From: Eledone cirrhosa
Lineage: Eukaryota
Direction of reading: 5' to 3'
Assembly: GCA_964016885.1 (NCBI GenBank)
Contig: OZ024743.1
Coordinates: forward strand, 33,914,001 to 33,978,000
Length of the DNA stretch: 64,000 nucleotides
Part shown: piece by piece, positions 30,866 through 43,580 of the stretch
Layout of the letters: each line of letters begins with the position of its first letter
Numbering within the stretch: the stretch's first letter is position 1
Made by a program: the position numbers and the translations under genes
Notes under the pieces: model-generated
The model's input: only the letters and a program-made list of their open reading frames with translations
What the model was told of the DNA's origin: nothing
Databases searched by the model: none

Positions 30866-31048
30866 AACCAGTAAGACCCCGACAGCTGAGCTCAAGCCGT
30901 TTCGACGGCTAATTCAGATTTAGCCGTCGAAACGGCTTGAGCTCAGCTGTCGGGGTCTTACTGGTTCCTATTACCCACTCTACTACCTCAAGTATTGAGT
31001 ACTTTGGTGCGTTATGGTCCACCTGGTTCCTTACCACATTTCCTTCGT

Positions 31049-31049
<1 letters not shown>
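30863..31049 (+). mobile_element. family A IR element with perfect 52-bp arms
   Basis: 30861-30912 is the exact reverse complement of 30920-30971; family tail follows. Confidence 0.9.
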
Positions 31050-31112
<63 letters not shown>

Positions 31113-31150
31113 CCTATATATATATAAATATATAGTTAACTTGAACCGTT

Positions 31151-31223
<73 letters not shown>

Positions 31224-31236
31224 TTATATGTGTATG

Positions 31237-31289
<53 letters not shown>

Positions 31290-31296
31290 TTATATA

Positions 31297-31411
<115 letters not shown>

Positions 31412-31601
31412 CTTTTTAGATGGGGTAGGAAGTTTATTTCTATTTAGATGTTACTTTCCAAACGTTTGTCTGCAGGTATCGTTTTTCCAGCCTGAATAGC
31501 CTGAAGAGAGTTCCGTGTGCAAACAGATGTCTATGACGTCGTTATTAATTAGAAAGTAGGAAATTTACCATAGATTTCAAGGCGTTGGCTGTTTACAAGA
31601 G

Positions 31602-31682
<81 letters not shown>

Positions 31683-31684
<2 letters not shown>

Positions 31685-31786
31685 AAAAGAGTCAGGATCT
31701 GACTCTTTTCTTATTACCCACTCTACCACCATAAGTATTGAGTACTCTGGTGGGTCCACCTGGTATCTCACCAACCCTCTTTGTTG

Positions 31787-31788
<2 letters not shown>
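31683..31788 (+). mobile_element. family A IR element, collapsed hairpin
   Basis: AAGAAAAGAGTCAG-GAT-CTGACTCTTTTCTT plus family tail. Confidence 0.8.
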
Positions 31789-31863
<75 letters not shown>

Positions 31864-31871
31864 CTGGTTAT

Positions 31872-31990
31872 ACCAAAGTACTCGATACTTGGGATAGTAT
31901 AGTATGATTATATGAAAAAGTCGGGACCCCGACGGTTGAACTCTTGCCGTTTCAACAAGTAGTTCCAGACATAGCCGTCGGGGTACCGTC

Positions 31991-31997
<7 letters not shown>
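31872..31997 (-). mobile_element. family A IR element, diverged
   Basis: CCAAAGTACTCGATACTTGGG tail and GGGACCCCGACGG...GCCGTCGGGGT arms. Confidence 0.7.
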
Positions 31998-32037
<40 letters not shown>

Positions 32038-32039
32038 AA

Positions 32040-32221
32040 TGGATTGGTAGTATCGGTAGAGGGTCGTCCCTTTATGATCTGAGTTCAAATCCCGCCGGGG
32101 TTAACTTTACCTTTCATCCTTACGGGGTCGATAAAATAAAGTACCAGTCACGCACTAGGGTCGATTTAATCGACTTTCCCCTCCCCCAAAATTGCTGGCC
32201 TTGTGCCTATATAAGAAACCA
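32040..32221 (+). mobile_element. Meta-core SINE, long tail, internal deletion
   Basis: head joined directly to CCCTTTATGATCTGAGTTC. Confidence 0.88.
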
Positions 32222-32307
32222 TATATATATATATATATATATACATAAGTGAATGTGGGCGTGTAAACATGCGAGAAAATACGAATTTACTTGTAAATCG
32301 AAATAAA

Positions 32308-32370
32308 TGATAAACATATTTAATCGATTTTCGGGCCTAATTGGACCCTCATCAGAAGGCGTGTATATCA
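32308..32370 (-). ncRNA. minimal type I hammerhead ribozyme motif
   Basis: CUGAUGA-GGGUC caauua GGCCC-GAAA-AUCGAU-UA; palindromic stem III; stem I weak near the core. Confidence 0.7.
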
Positions 32371-32774
32371 TCCAAACAATCACAGGGAAACATGTATTTG
32401 GTGGGCATATAAACCCTCTTAGTATTATTCTGAAATGTACTGATTTGCATATAATTAGCGCTTGGGTTGGTAATAGATTGTGATATATAGCTGTCGGGAC
32501 ATGCATCCTTCAAAACTTCCAGGCTTCCCGAAATTCGCCAACACTACACCAGATATTCACCCTCCAGACACACGCACGCATGTATCTGTGTTATATCATG
32601 ACTCTTACACTGTTCACTTTCCTGGTATTTGTACATTATTCTATGTACTATACATGCACCTTTGATGAGTTGTAGTGCACCTGAGCACTGTACACAATAA
32701 TTTTCATTATTCTGGAAAATGTACTTGCAAGAGAGTCAATTGTGCCAGAGACGATCATTATTATAGTAATGTGC

Positions 32775-32988
32775 AGGGCATTGGATTGGCAATATCGGGC
32801 TTTGCAGCATAGGGTTACGGCCCTTTATGCTCTGAGTTCAAATCCCGCCGAGGTTAACTTTGCCTTTCATCCTTACGGGATCGATAAAATAAAGTACCAG
32901 TCACGCACTGGGGGGGGGGGGGGGTGATTTAATCTATTTTCCCCTCCCCCAAAATTGTTGGCCTTGTGCCTATACTAGAAATCATTAT
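32775..32988 (+). mobile_element. Meta-core SINE, long tail, internal deletion
   Basis: family head, core and tail. Confidence 0.88.
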
Positions 32989-33204
32989 TGTTATATATTA
33001 AGAAGTGCGCTAGCAGCTGAAGTGTACGATAAAGTCATGCTTGTAATACATACAGAGTGGGAAACCGAGGCTGCTCGAATATATATATTACATATGTGTA
33101 TATAAATATACACATGTATTAGGTCGTCAAGTATAAAATTTGTAGAAATTTGTAGAAAAGAAAGATATTTTTACAAATTTCATATTTGACGACCCAGTAA
33201 TATG

Positions 33205-33497
<293 letters not shown>

Positions 33498-33869
33498 TGT
33501 TTGTGTATATCCCTAAATGATGGCAGACGGTAATGTCAAATGATAGCGATTATTTTGACTTGTAAAATTTTCCTAATGCTAAAAAATACCAGTCAATAAA
33601 AGTTTTGAAAAAACGACGAAAACTTCTTACCAACTATATATATATATAAATATATATATTTAGCAATATATATATATAGTTATGTAATAAACAACATAAG
33701 GCAATTATTCCATTTACCAGTGGTTTCTTAAAGGCAAAAAATGTTGCTTTCAATCCTCAGAATGAAAAAATCCTGGTCTGTTTATTGAATTTGGATTTTA
33801 AAAACAAAAATGCAATCTATATGAAAGTGAGGCTGGAGAAAGAAAAAGAAAGGAAAAATAAAATAAAAC

Positions 33870-33885
33870 CACACATGCAAACACA

Positions 33886-33949
<64 letters not shown>

Positions 33950-34630
33950 CATACATACACTCATACACACACACACATACACATATATATGTGTATATAA
34001 ATACACACATACACATACATATAGACATACATACATACGCACATAAATATCAACACATCCATATATACAACCACACACACATATATACACACATATATAT
34101 ATAGAAATAGAAGTATATATATATATATATATATGCATACACATACACATACATAGCCATACACACATACATATACATACATACATGCACACAATCATGC
34201 CTATATACACACGTACATACATACACATACATAAATGCATACATATGCATGTACAAAATTAGAAAAATATACACACCTCTACATATTCACACACGCAAAT
34301 AAATATAAGAAAACATATATATAAAAAATAAAATAATAAAGACTATTATACAGTTGACAGCGATACAAACGAAGAATAAATGAACAGACACGTGTGGTAA
34401 GCAATACACACAAATGCACGTACACTTACGTACGAAAAAGTAAATACATACACACATTCTCACACATAAATATACATATACAAATACATAAACACAAACA
34501 TACGCATACACAAATACATACACAAACACACACACACATATACATATATACACACACATATACACACACACATATATATAGATATATACACGTAGATATA
34601 TATAGCAAATATATAAAATATATAATGGTA
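33870..34630. repeat. degenerate (CA)n/(TACA)n microsatellite field
   Basis: direct reading. Confidence 0.9.
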
Positions 34631-34756
34631 ATATTTGTGCGAGAAAATAGGGTTTAAACATACGATATGAGTTTCCTTACTGATAGAAGAAAAAAAGACA
34701 GTAATGTTGGGAACATCGAATATGATTTAATGATATTTATGCTCTTTCCCAAGAGT

Positions 34757-34872
34757 AATAATGGTTGCAGGTTTAGGCACAAGGCCAACAATTTGAACTC
34801 ATACCGTAAAGGGTCGTAACTCTATGCTGAAAAGCATGGTGTCCGACGCTCATCTGATACTGCCAATTCACA
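34757..34872 (-). mobile_element. Meta-core SINE with core deleted
   Basis: tail GGCACAAGGCCAACAATTTG fused to AACTCA..head. Confidence 0.75.
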
Positions 34873-34979
34873 GTAATATATGCTGGAAAGTCTCTTCTCA
34901 ACACTGCCATCAATAGCCAAAACATGTTTGCAATTCTACCAGTCTTTAGTCTTCTCGTCGGTTTTCCCCGACAAAAAAA

Positions 34980-35435
34980 TCTAAACTATAATAAAGTAAG
35001 GAGCGCGGGACTAAGTACGGTTTATAATTTGTTATCCCATTCGTAAAATAAGTTGGATTACTTTGAATAAATAATGAATGAATATTACGTAATTTATCTA
35101 CTAAATTTCGTTATTTTTGATTTGCGGCTTATTTTAAGATTCACTTCTTTAACATTTTTAAATGTCAACACTTAAATAAATATTCATATATTTTCCGTCA
35201 CTAATTTTCTCCTAATGCAGTTTATATATAAGATCGTCTTTTTTAATGTATCATGGATTACGTTACTGATTACATAAGACAGTGTAACGCAGTCTTCGTT
35301 CAATTTCTGTGTATATTGTCAATTACGATTTTATTCGATGTATCATATTTACATGTATATATACTTGCGTATAATATCAATATGCACACTACACACGCTA
35401 GTAGAAAACCACCTTTCGGGTGGTTTTTCTGCTAG
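34980..35435 (+). mobile_element. non-autonomous Helitron, second family
   Basis: starts A|TCTAAACTATAATAAAG; ends with hairpin ACCACC tttcg GGTGGT then CTAG|T. Confidence 0.7.
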
Positions 35436-36235
35436 TATTGTTAATGATTACTTGATGTTTGAATCGCAACGTGTATGTTTACATCTGCATCGTTGTTTCT
35501 TATTTTCCTTGGAAATAGTTTTCTCTATATATATATCTGCCACGTATTTGTAGTATTCTGACAACGTGACATTTCACTCCGTAGATTACAGTAACAAAAT
35601 CGTTGATAAATTAACTAAATTATAAAGGTGATTCTGTCCAAAAAGCCATGAAGCCTTCAAATAATTTTGGTTAAAGAATTTATATGACAATCAAACAAAA
35701 TCGATCTCGTCCCAGATACCAGTAATTAATAATTATTCTAAGCTTTCCATGCGTAGAGATTTAAGTAGAAAATTGTGTTCTTAGATGGAAATTTTCCAAC
35801 GGAAGCCGCATATGAATAATTTAATGCACAGATGTACCCCATTACGTATGAAGTTCGTGTAATAAACAGGTTAAAATAATTAACAGCTTTAAACCTGATA
35901 TATCGTTCGGCCGAAACAATAGATGTGGCGTTGATTTCGTGTTCATTACCGGAAAGAGTTAACCGCCTTGCTTGGCAGAAAGTTCGGTTTAAAAAGGAGA
36001 ACAACACTACTAGTGTTAAAAAACATGTACGACTGGTAAGTTATGTTTTACACAATTGCTTCACACAGAATTAATTTTTCTCTACTAAAACTGGATTGGT
36101 TGGTGGCTGTTTTAACAAACTCCTTTGATGCATTCCTACTGGCAGCTTCATACAAGTTTACATACCTAAAAATATATATATTTATACAAATACACACACG
36201 TGCGTATGGAAGCACAAGCTTTCTGAAAGGGAGAG

Positions 36236-36236
<1 letters not shown>

Positions 36237-36313
<77 letters not shown>

Positions 36314-36421
36314 ACACACACACACACACACACACACATTCAGACACATTCTCACACACACACACACACACATTCAGACACATTTTCACACACACACACA
36401 CACACACACATTCAGACACAT

Positions 36422-36452
<31 letters not shown>

Positions 36453-36604
36453 TCCCCCACACACAATCACACATACACACCCACGGACACACATTCACAC
36501 ACACAATCACACATACACACACACACACGGACACACATTCACACACACACACACAATCACACACACACATCCCCCCTCCCATCCCACACACACCACACAC
36601 ACAT
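36237..36604. repeat. compound (CA)n repeat with CACATTCAGACACATT and CACAATCACAC variants
   Basis: direct reading. Confidence 0.9.
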
Positions 36605-37025
36605 ATTAGGCAATCCAAGTGTATTAATTTCCCTTTCTTACCAGTTATGAATACTCCCACGAAACGTTACAAATATTGGAAATCTAAATTGCTCATATAT
36701 TGCTATTTGATTAACAATATTGATGTTTTATTCTATGTTGACTAGAAACAATGTCTGTATTGTGAAAGGGAAACAAGGGGTTGTACATTCCATATTTTCC
36801 TTCAGGATATTAGTGACGTAAGTGAAGGGAAGTAGATTCAATAGAGAATTGAAACGGAATCACAATTATTAATCAACACTCTGCCATTCTCCTTCACCAA
36901 ATTGGGAATTTGCATGAAAAATATGTGAAAATACATGGAAAAATGAAACCCCATGGGATGGATATGTTGATGTAACAACACCTTCACCATCTTGTTTGCG
37001 TGGCGCATGGCGCTGCTGAGATTGG

Positions 37026-37083
<58 letters not shown>

Positions 37084-37102
37084 GTATATATATATATATA
37101 TG

Positions 37103-37707
37103 TCAGGTCACCAGTTGGTGCTACTGGTAACATGTATTCCAGTACAACCTGTCCCATGGTCGGGTCGTTGGCGACTAAACTGGCAACCCCACCAAGGTTT
37201 CTTGGTGAGGAGGGTGACTTTGGACATCCTGCAGGACTAAAAACAAAACCTGTCAAAAGGCAAAGGAGCTCTTAAGAGTCAATGGCCATCCAAAATCACC
37301 GGGAGAGATGACCCCTTAGCCTTTGTCAAGGCAGAATTCTAGGAGAAGGAAAACTCTGATATAACACCTGCAACCCTGATGGTATCCAATGATGTTGACT
37401 TGTTCTTCTTTTTGGTAAATATCATCTTGGTTAAGAGAGTGGGACTGGCTTTGTGCAGTGCCTTTGCTCACTATAAAAGCTTCACGGCACAGGCATTGCT
37501 TTATATCTGGAGATCTCTCTGCATTTGTCGTCACATGGTACCATGGGCCCAGCACTATGTGTCAATAATTGTCACAAGTGTAGTGTTTGTACCAGAGCTT
37601 TCAAGTCGCTGGCTGGACTAAAAAGTCACACTCGTTCAGCGCATCAGTAGGGGTTCTCCTACATGGATATAAAGTAGTGGCCGTACTCGAAAACGAGTTG
37701 GCAGCCA

Positions 37708-37710
<3 letters not shown>
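37103..37710 (+). mobile_element. internally deleted RTE-clade LINE derivative (5' UTR fused to 3' end)
   Basis: CTAGGAGAAGGAAAACTCTGA motif recalled from RTE 5' UTRs; C2H2 relic HKCSVCTRAFKSLAGLKSHTRSAHQ* at 37573-37650; CTCGAAAACGAG 3' hairpin; flanked by (TA)n. Confidence 0.7.
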
Positions 37711-37746
<36 letters not shown>

Positions 37747-38367
37747 TAATATAAATTAATATATATGATAAACACTAATACAATCATGTAAGTGTTTGTA
37801 TTGTAAATGACCAAGTTAGCTAGATTGAAAAAATACTAATTAGATTAATACAGTTTGCCTGTCTCGATTTAAAATAATAAATCAATAAAAACAAACCCAT
37901 ATTGGCAATAGCCGTGGTACTTGGACAAATTTAAATTTCAAAATCAAAACCTGTTACGTAGATAAGTTTAAACTTCAAAACCCAAATAAGTTTCGATAAT
38001 TGAAAAAGTGAAAAATTCCATCTTCTGTTCTCATCAGCAAGTACCCAGAAAATTGGCATGTTTCACCTCAGAATATTTAAGAGGACTGATCGACGCACAT
38101 GGTTTTTCAGCGTCTAGCTACCCCATACTCGTGCTGCTAGAAATAACAGCCGTTTATATGGGACTAAAATTAGCTCAACAAAAGGAGCCGTTATACTATA
38201 TATATAGAGTTATAAACTCAAACAGTCTTTTACAATTAAATAGCTCAAAGAAAGAAGTATTTCTGAGCCGTGAAATACAAGTTAATATAAATTATATATA
38301 TATATATAGATATATATCTATATCCAAAATTAAGATAAATCAAATGAATTTAATCTAATTATTCTAG

Positions 38368-38436
<69 letters not shown>

Positions 38437-38484
38437 GCCCTCTTCGGATTTTAGTCTTCACATTTATTATTATTACTATATGTA

Positions 38485-38668
38485 TATATATTTGAAAAAA
38501 AAAGGAAAAGAATGACTTCACTTGTAGTTCTAAATAATTTGATTTAATTTTATAATATTATAATATTATAAAATTAAATCAAATTATTTAGAACTACAAG
38601 TGAAGTCATTCTTCTCTTTTTTTTCAAATATATCTAACTGTACCAAGGATCTCACACATTTTCCAATA
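38485..38668. mobile_element. asymmetric IR element containing a perfect 106-bp palindrome
   Basis: 38508-38613 is self-complementary with no spacer; about 35-bp tail, then (TA)n. Confidence 0.7.
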
Positions 38669-38867
38669 TATATATATAGCCAGGTGGTGCTATTAAGTTA
38701 GACATGCCCTGGGCCAATACTGGCCAAAACCTATCAAAGTTATGAAAGTTATATGAACTTAAGAAAATTAAGAAAGAGGGTACAAGACAATGAATGAAAA
38801 GACAAAACAAAACGAAAAACAATTTTTCAAAGGAAAACCCTAAAAAAAACTATTTAAAAAAAATAAA

Positions 38868-39023
38868 AATACAAACGAAAGACAGAGAACTCCATGGTCA
38901 TCGGCCGTTGAGATGGACTTGGGCAGGTTCGAGCCTACCAACGGTACTGCAGGTCCATCCGGGGTCACAGCGTCTGACTTAAGCCAAACGCTGTCCAGTG
39001 GAGTAAGAGACGAGAGACAAAAC
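38868..39023 (+). repeat. dispersed repeat, unclassified (probable retroposon 3' end)
   Basis: inverted homologue at 42654-42810, which runs into (CA)n. Confidence 0.75.
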
Positions 39024-39202
39024 ATTAATTTATAGCAATTTAGCTACAAAACACACAGAGATATATATATAAGGATAAAGATTCCATAACTCCTTGTGGA
39101 GTCGTAGTGGCACCGTCATATGGTGTGTCTGGGGCACATTTAAACCTGGCGGAGCCCAACCCTCTCCAGGTCTGAACACAGCCGATTTTTTCTATAGAGG
39201 AA

Positions 39203-39427
39203 GAATCGACCCCAGTACTGGACTGGTACTTTTTGTTATCGACCTCAAAAGGATGAAAGGCAAAGTTAACCTCGGCGGGATTTGAACTCAGATCGCAAAG
39301 GCCCGTGAGTTCAAATCCCGCCGAAGTTAACTTTGCCTTTCATCCTTACGGGGTCAATAGAATAAAGAACCATTAGTTACTGCATTGGGATAATTGCTGG
39401 CCTTGTGCCAAAAGTAGAAACAATTAT
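39203..39427. mobile_element. two 5'-truncated Meta-core SINEs head to head
   Basis: minus copy 39203-39300, plus copy 39306-39427. Confidence 0.85.
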
Positions 39428-39527
39428 ATGGTATTATATTTAATCCTCAACTGTACATACATGCTTACCGTATTATTGTTTTTCTTCTTTCCTATATCTA
39501 TTGACTCTTCTTAGTCTAGCCAAACTT

Positions 39528-39777
39528 TAGGGGTGGTGGAAGCATTTCTGAATTGGGGGGGGGGGGGGGGGCGCACATTTGGCCAATATAGTTATGATTA
39601 GCTTAACTCTTTGTATTCTAAAAGGATCAGAAAACTTCGATATGCGATAAACATAACATGTTAATATATTGTAGCTCATATCCCTATAGATGTGTGTTTT
39701 GGTAGTTTGGGGAGGAAAATATAATGGTGGTGGTGGTGGGGGTGGGGGTTCTCTCCCCTCCCCTAGCTTCTGCGCCA

Positions 39778-39780
<3 letters not shown>
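39528..39780. mobile_element. hAT-like MITE
   Basis: termini AGGGGTGGTGGAAGCATTTCTGAATTGGG and CTTCTGCGCCACTG; inverted homologue at 53371-53805. Confidence 0.75.
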
Positions 39781-39852
<72 letters not shown>

Positions 39853-39859
39853 TAGATAT

Positions 39860-39975
39860 AGGGACGAGTAGGACCCCGACGGCTGAGCTCAAGCCGTTTC
39901 GACGGCTAATTCTGGACAGAATTGAGTACTTTGGTGCGTTATGGTCCACCTGGTTCCTTACCACATTTCCTTCGT

Positions 39976-39976
<1 letters not shown>
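39860..39976 (+). mobile_element. family A IR element lacking the second arm
   Basis: GGACCCCGACGGCTGAGCTCAAGCCGTTTCGACGGCTAATTC joined to family tail. Confidence 0.85.
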
Positions 39977-40008
<32 letters not shown>

Positions 40009-40590
40009 AATTAAAAAAAGTATGCTCTGTACCCATTCCCTGTACGCAGGTACATAACGGTTAATATATCAAGCTTCTTCGCTTTTGCTAATAAACTAGT
40101 ATCATACCCAATTTATTCATCTTCTATACACGTGTCTATAGCGAAATTCACTGCTAGAACATACCCGCAGAAGCTAAAGAACACAAGACTTGCTGAAGAA
40201 GTAAATCCTTTGTTCTTTCGCCAAAAACCATTAACTTGCAGACCCTGCAAGCGGAATTTGTCGATCTTGGATTTGCAGAAACCCAGCGCTGATGTTGTGT
40301 GCTGTATGTGATGTATATCGTGTGCTATACGATATGCATTATATATTTCATTAGGTCCCAGCGTTCTGTCCAGGCCAGTCTAAAATCTTTTCCTGAGTCC
40401 TGTATTTTCGTTGCTGTGGTAATGCGGCTGGACTGCCGATCGCTATATTTGATTTGCTAAGCTATCTAAACGTATTGTTATTACTCTGGGGTACTATTTC
40501 CATTCGAGTGCTAAAGCTACATACTGAATTTGCATTCGTTAGCTTGGCCGCAAACTAAAGCTTCGTCAATGCTGTACTAAAATTTGTATC

Positions 40591-40634
<44 letters not shown>

Positions 40635-40637
40635 ATG

Positions 40638-40818
40638 ATTCATTTATTATGGCTATTGGTGAGCTTTGTTATTCTAAAGTTTCACCTGCGCACTCACAAG
40701 ATCACCAGTCTTGTCTGGTTAGTACGCAGGTGAGACTCCAGAGTAATAAGGCTTAGCCATAATAAATGAATATTTAAAACTTCGGTATTGAGTTTTCATT
40801 CTTATGTCCGTCAATAAT
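40638..40818 (-). mobile_element. asymmetric IR element, family B
   Basis: hairpin 40638-40771 (ATTCATTTATTATGGCTA / TAGCCATAATAAATGAAT) plus tail homologous to 61661-61710. Confidence 0.75.
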
Positions 40819-40975
40819 TCATGTAATCTCAGGTCTTGAATAATCCTCTCCACCCCGCTTATTAATTTTTCATATTTTTTTCAAACTCTCTCGTTTTTTA
40901 TTCCAGCCAATCACCCTACTTTCCTGCGAAATTTGATTGTAAGTGATTCATATTGATACAACAACTGGAGAATCT

Positions 40976-41167
40976 AATAATTGTTTCTACTTTAGGCACA
41001 AGGCCAGCAATTACCCAGTACATTACTGGTACTTTATTTTATCGACCCCGTAAGGATGAAAGGCAAAGTTAACCTCGGTGAGATTTGAACTCAGACTGTA
41101 AAGGGACGTAACTATGCTAGAAAACATGGCGTCCAACCTTCTAGCGATACTGCCAATTCACCGCCCT
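40976..41167 (-). mobile_element. Meta-core SINE, short-tail subfamily
   Basis: full-length reverse complement of the consensus. Confidence 0.9.
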
Positions 41168-41329
41168 GGAGATCTAAATATTTTACATTGACAAAATATA
41201 TATATGACGAAAAAAAAACATCACAAGAAATCCCATATTCACGAACGTACACCATATAATTACTGATTTCCTGAGCACACCGCCCCATTATTTGCCACCC
41301 CTCCTATTATTTGGAACCCGAGAGTACCA

Positions 41330-42200
41330 CTAAACTCTCCTTCTCCCTATGTCTATCACACAAAACTTTATTTTAATCCTCCTCTCTGTATCTACTAAAA
41401 CCAAACTCTCCCTCTCTCTATATCTACCACGACACTGCCTCTCTTATCTCCATCTCTATATCTAACACTAATACATTCACCCCTCTCTATAAATATCTAC
41501 ACTTATCTCTCCCAATATCCCTCTCTATGTCAATCACCCCTAAACTCCCTCTCTCTATATTTACAACCAGCAAATTCTCCCCCTCTCTATATCTAACATA
41601 CAAAACACTCTCCCAATCTCCCCTCTCTCTATATATATATCAATTGTCTCGAAACTCTCCCCCTCGACTTCGCTAATACACTCTCTCGTAATTGTTCTCT
41701 CTCTATCCATCACATCCTCCCCTCTATATATTTTTCAAGAATGTCTCATCCAGCCCTCTCTATATATTTAGCAATATTTATCTCTCCCAACTCCCTCAAT
41801 ATATCTACAAACATTGAAATCTACCCCTCTCTATATCTACTACACAACGCTCTCTCTCCCATTACGCCTCTCGATATGAATTACCACCAAACTATCCCTC
41901 TCTCTATATCTACCATACAACACTCATTTTAACAATCTTTTTACTCTATCCATCACTACCAAATTCTCCTCCTCTCTCTATCTATCAATACCTATCTCTA
42001 TCAATCTTCTCACTATATTCATTACCACCAAACTCCCCGCCCTTTACATCAACCATACAACATACTCCCCCAATCCCCCTCTCTATATCAATTAACACAA
42101 AACTGTATATGTACTACACGGAACACTCTTACAATCCCCCTCTCTATATCTAATATACAACACACTTTCGCAACCTTCCTCTCTATATCAATTACCACCA
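41330..42200. repeat. degenerate G-poor minisatellite, about 33-bp unit
   Basis: recurring CCCTCTCTATATC with alternating ACCATACAACAC and AATTACCACCAAAC spacers. Confidence 0.8.
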
Positions 42201-42222
42201 ACAAATTAAATATAACCTCTGC

Positions 42223-42254
<32 letters not shown>

Positions 42255-42512
42255 GCAGAGGTTATATTTAATTCAACAAGCTTAAACATTTTTATAACTC
42301 ACATAAAGCACTCAACCATTTAGTGGAGTAAATATACAATATATTAATAAATGGAAAGTATATTTATAAAACCATAATTATTTTATTATATATATTTCAA
42401 GGGCGACCAAGGTAAATTATGATGCGCTTTCATCAGATAAAATACAGATTTGTTTTATAAATAAATATTGACATACCCGGAAAAAAGACAACCTCAACGG
42501 TTGAAATTCGCT

Positions 42513-42608
<96 letters not shown>

Positions 42609-42620
42609 CTGTGTGTGTGT

Positions 42621-42653
<33 letters not shown>

Positions 42654-42657
<4 letters not shown>

Positions 42658-42810
42658 GTCTCTCGTCTCTTACTCCACTGGACAGCGTTTGGCTTATGTC
42701 AGACGGGTGACCCCGGGTGAACCAACAGTACCGTTAATAGGGGTCGAAATTGCCCAAGTCCATCTCAATGGCCGATGACCATGGAGTTCTCTGTCCTTAG
42801 TTTGTATTTG
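42654..42810 (-). repeat. dispersed repeat homologous to 38868-39023
   Basis: GTTTTGTCTCTCGTCTCTTACTCCACTGGACAGCGTTTGGC...CCATGGAGTTCTCTGTC. Confidence 0.75.
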
Positions 42811-43369
42811 TATCTTGAAAAATAATTTTTAAGGTTTCCAATATCTTTTGCATTGTTTAGAGGTGTAAATGCCTCCTAAATTTCCTGTCTGGAGCTAAAC
42901 AGATCAAATTTCAGAAAACTGTCACACAGAATATATTTTTCTCCTTGTAAGGATGTGTCCCTGTGCCACATTTCAGCTACGGAGATGCAAATCCCTGACC
43001 TACAACTTGGAAAATACATACATTCACTTTCATATATTAAGAAAATAATATCTCGGATTTTGCTGAAACGCCAGACTGTATTAAATATCTTAATGTATTC
43101 AGTTTTTGCACTAAGTTTCTGGTATTATGCCAAAGAAGTACCAATAACAAAAAGCAGGTGTGTGTGTGTATGTGTGTGTTTGTGTGTGTATTGGACCTCC
43201 GTCAGTTCCGCGACGAGTCTTCCACTTGTTTGAAAAACGAAACAGCCTGCTCGAGAAATTAATGCGCAAGTGGCTAATTTCAGAGACACGTTTACTAATA
43301 AAGTAGTTCACCGTGAAGAATTAGTGAGAATTACAGGTACAACACTTTTACGTTGCTTCATTTCACTCA

Positions 43370-43482
43370 CAGACCTGTCAACTCTCCCCGTCCGATGGGG
43401 AGATCTCCCACCCACCTTGGGGTGGGTGAGAGATGTCTTCTCTTGTGAAAATGGGTATTTCTTCCCGTTTTGGGGCCCTTTT
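43370..43482 (+). mobile_element. partial hAT-like MITE (CAGACCTGTCAAC TIR family)
   Basis: homologous to the 45598 and 54050 copies; lacks the right TIR. Confidence 0.7.
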
Positions 43483-43580
43483 TAGGCTAGAGACTAATTG
43501 CATACAGTGCTAACTTCACTGGCTGGAATTAATAATGTTTGTTTGTGTTACAGCTAATATATATATATATATATATATAT

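Noticed and set aside
35398-35435. Rho-independent terminator-like hairpin with T run
   Set aside because: Eukaryotic context; better explained as a Helitron 3' hairpin before CTAG.
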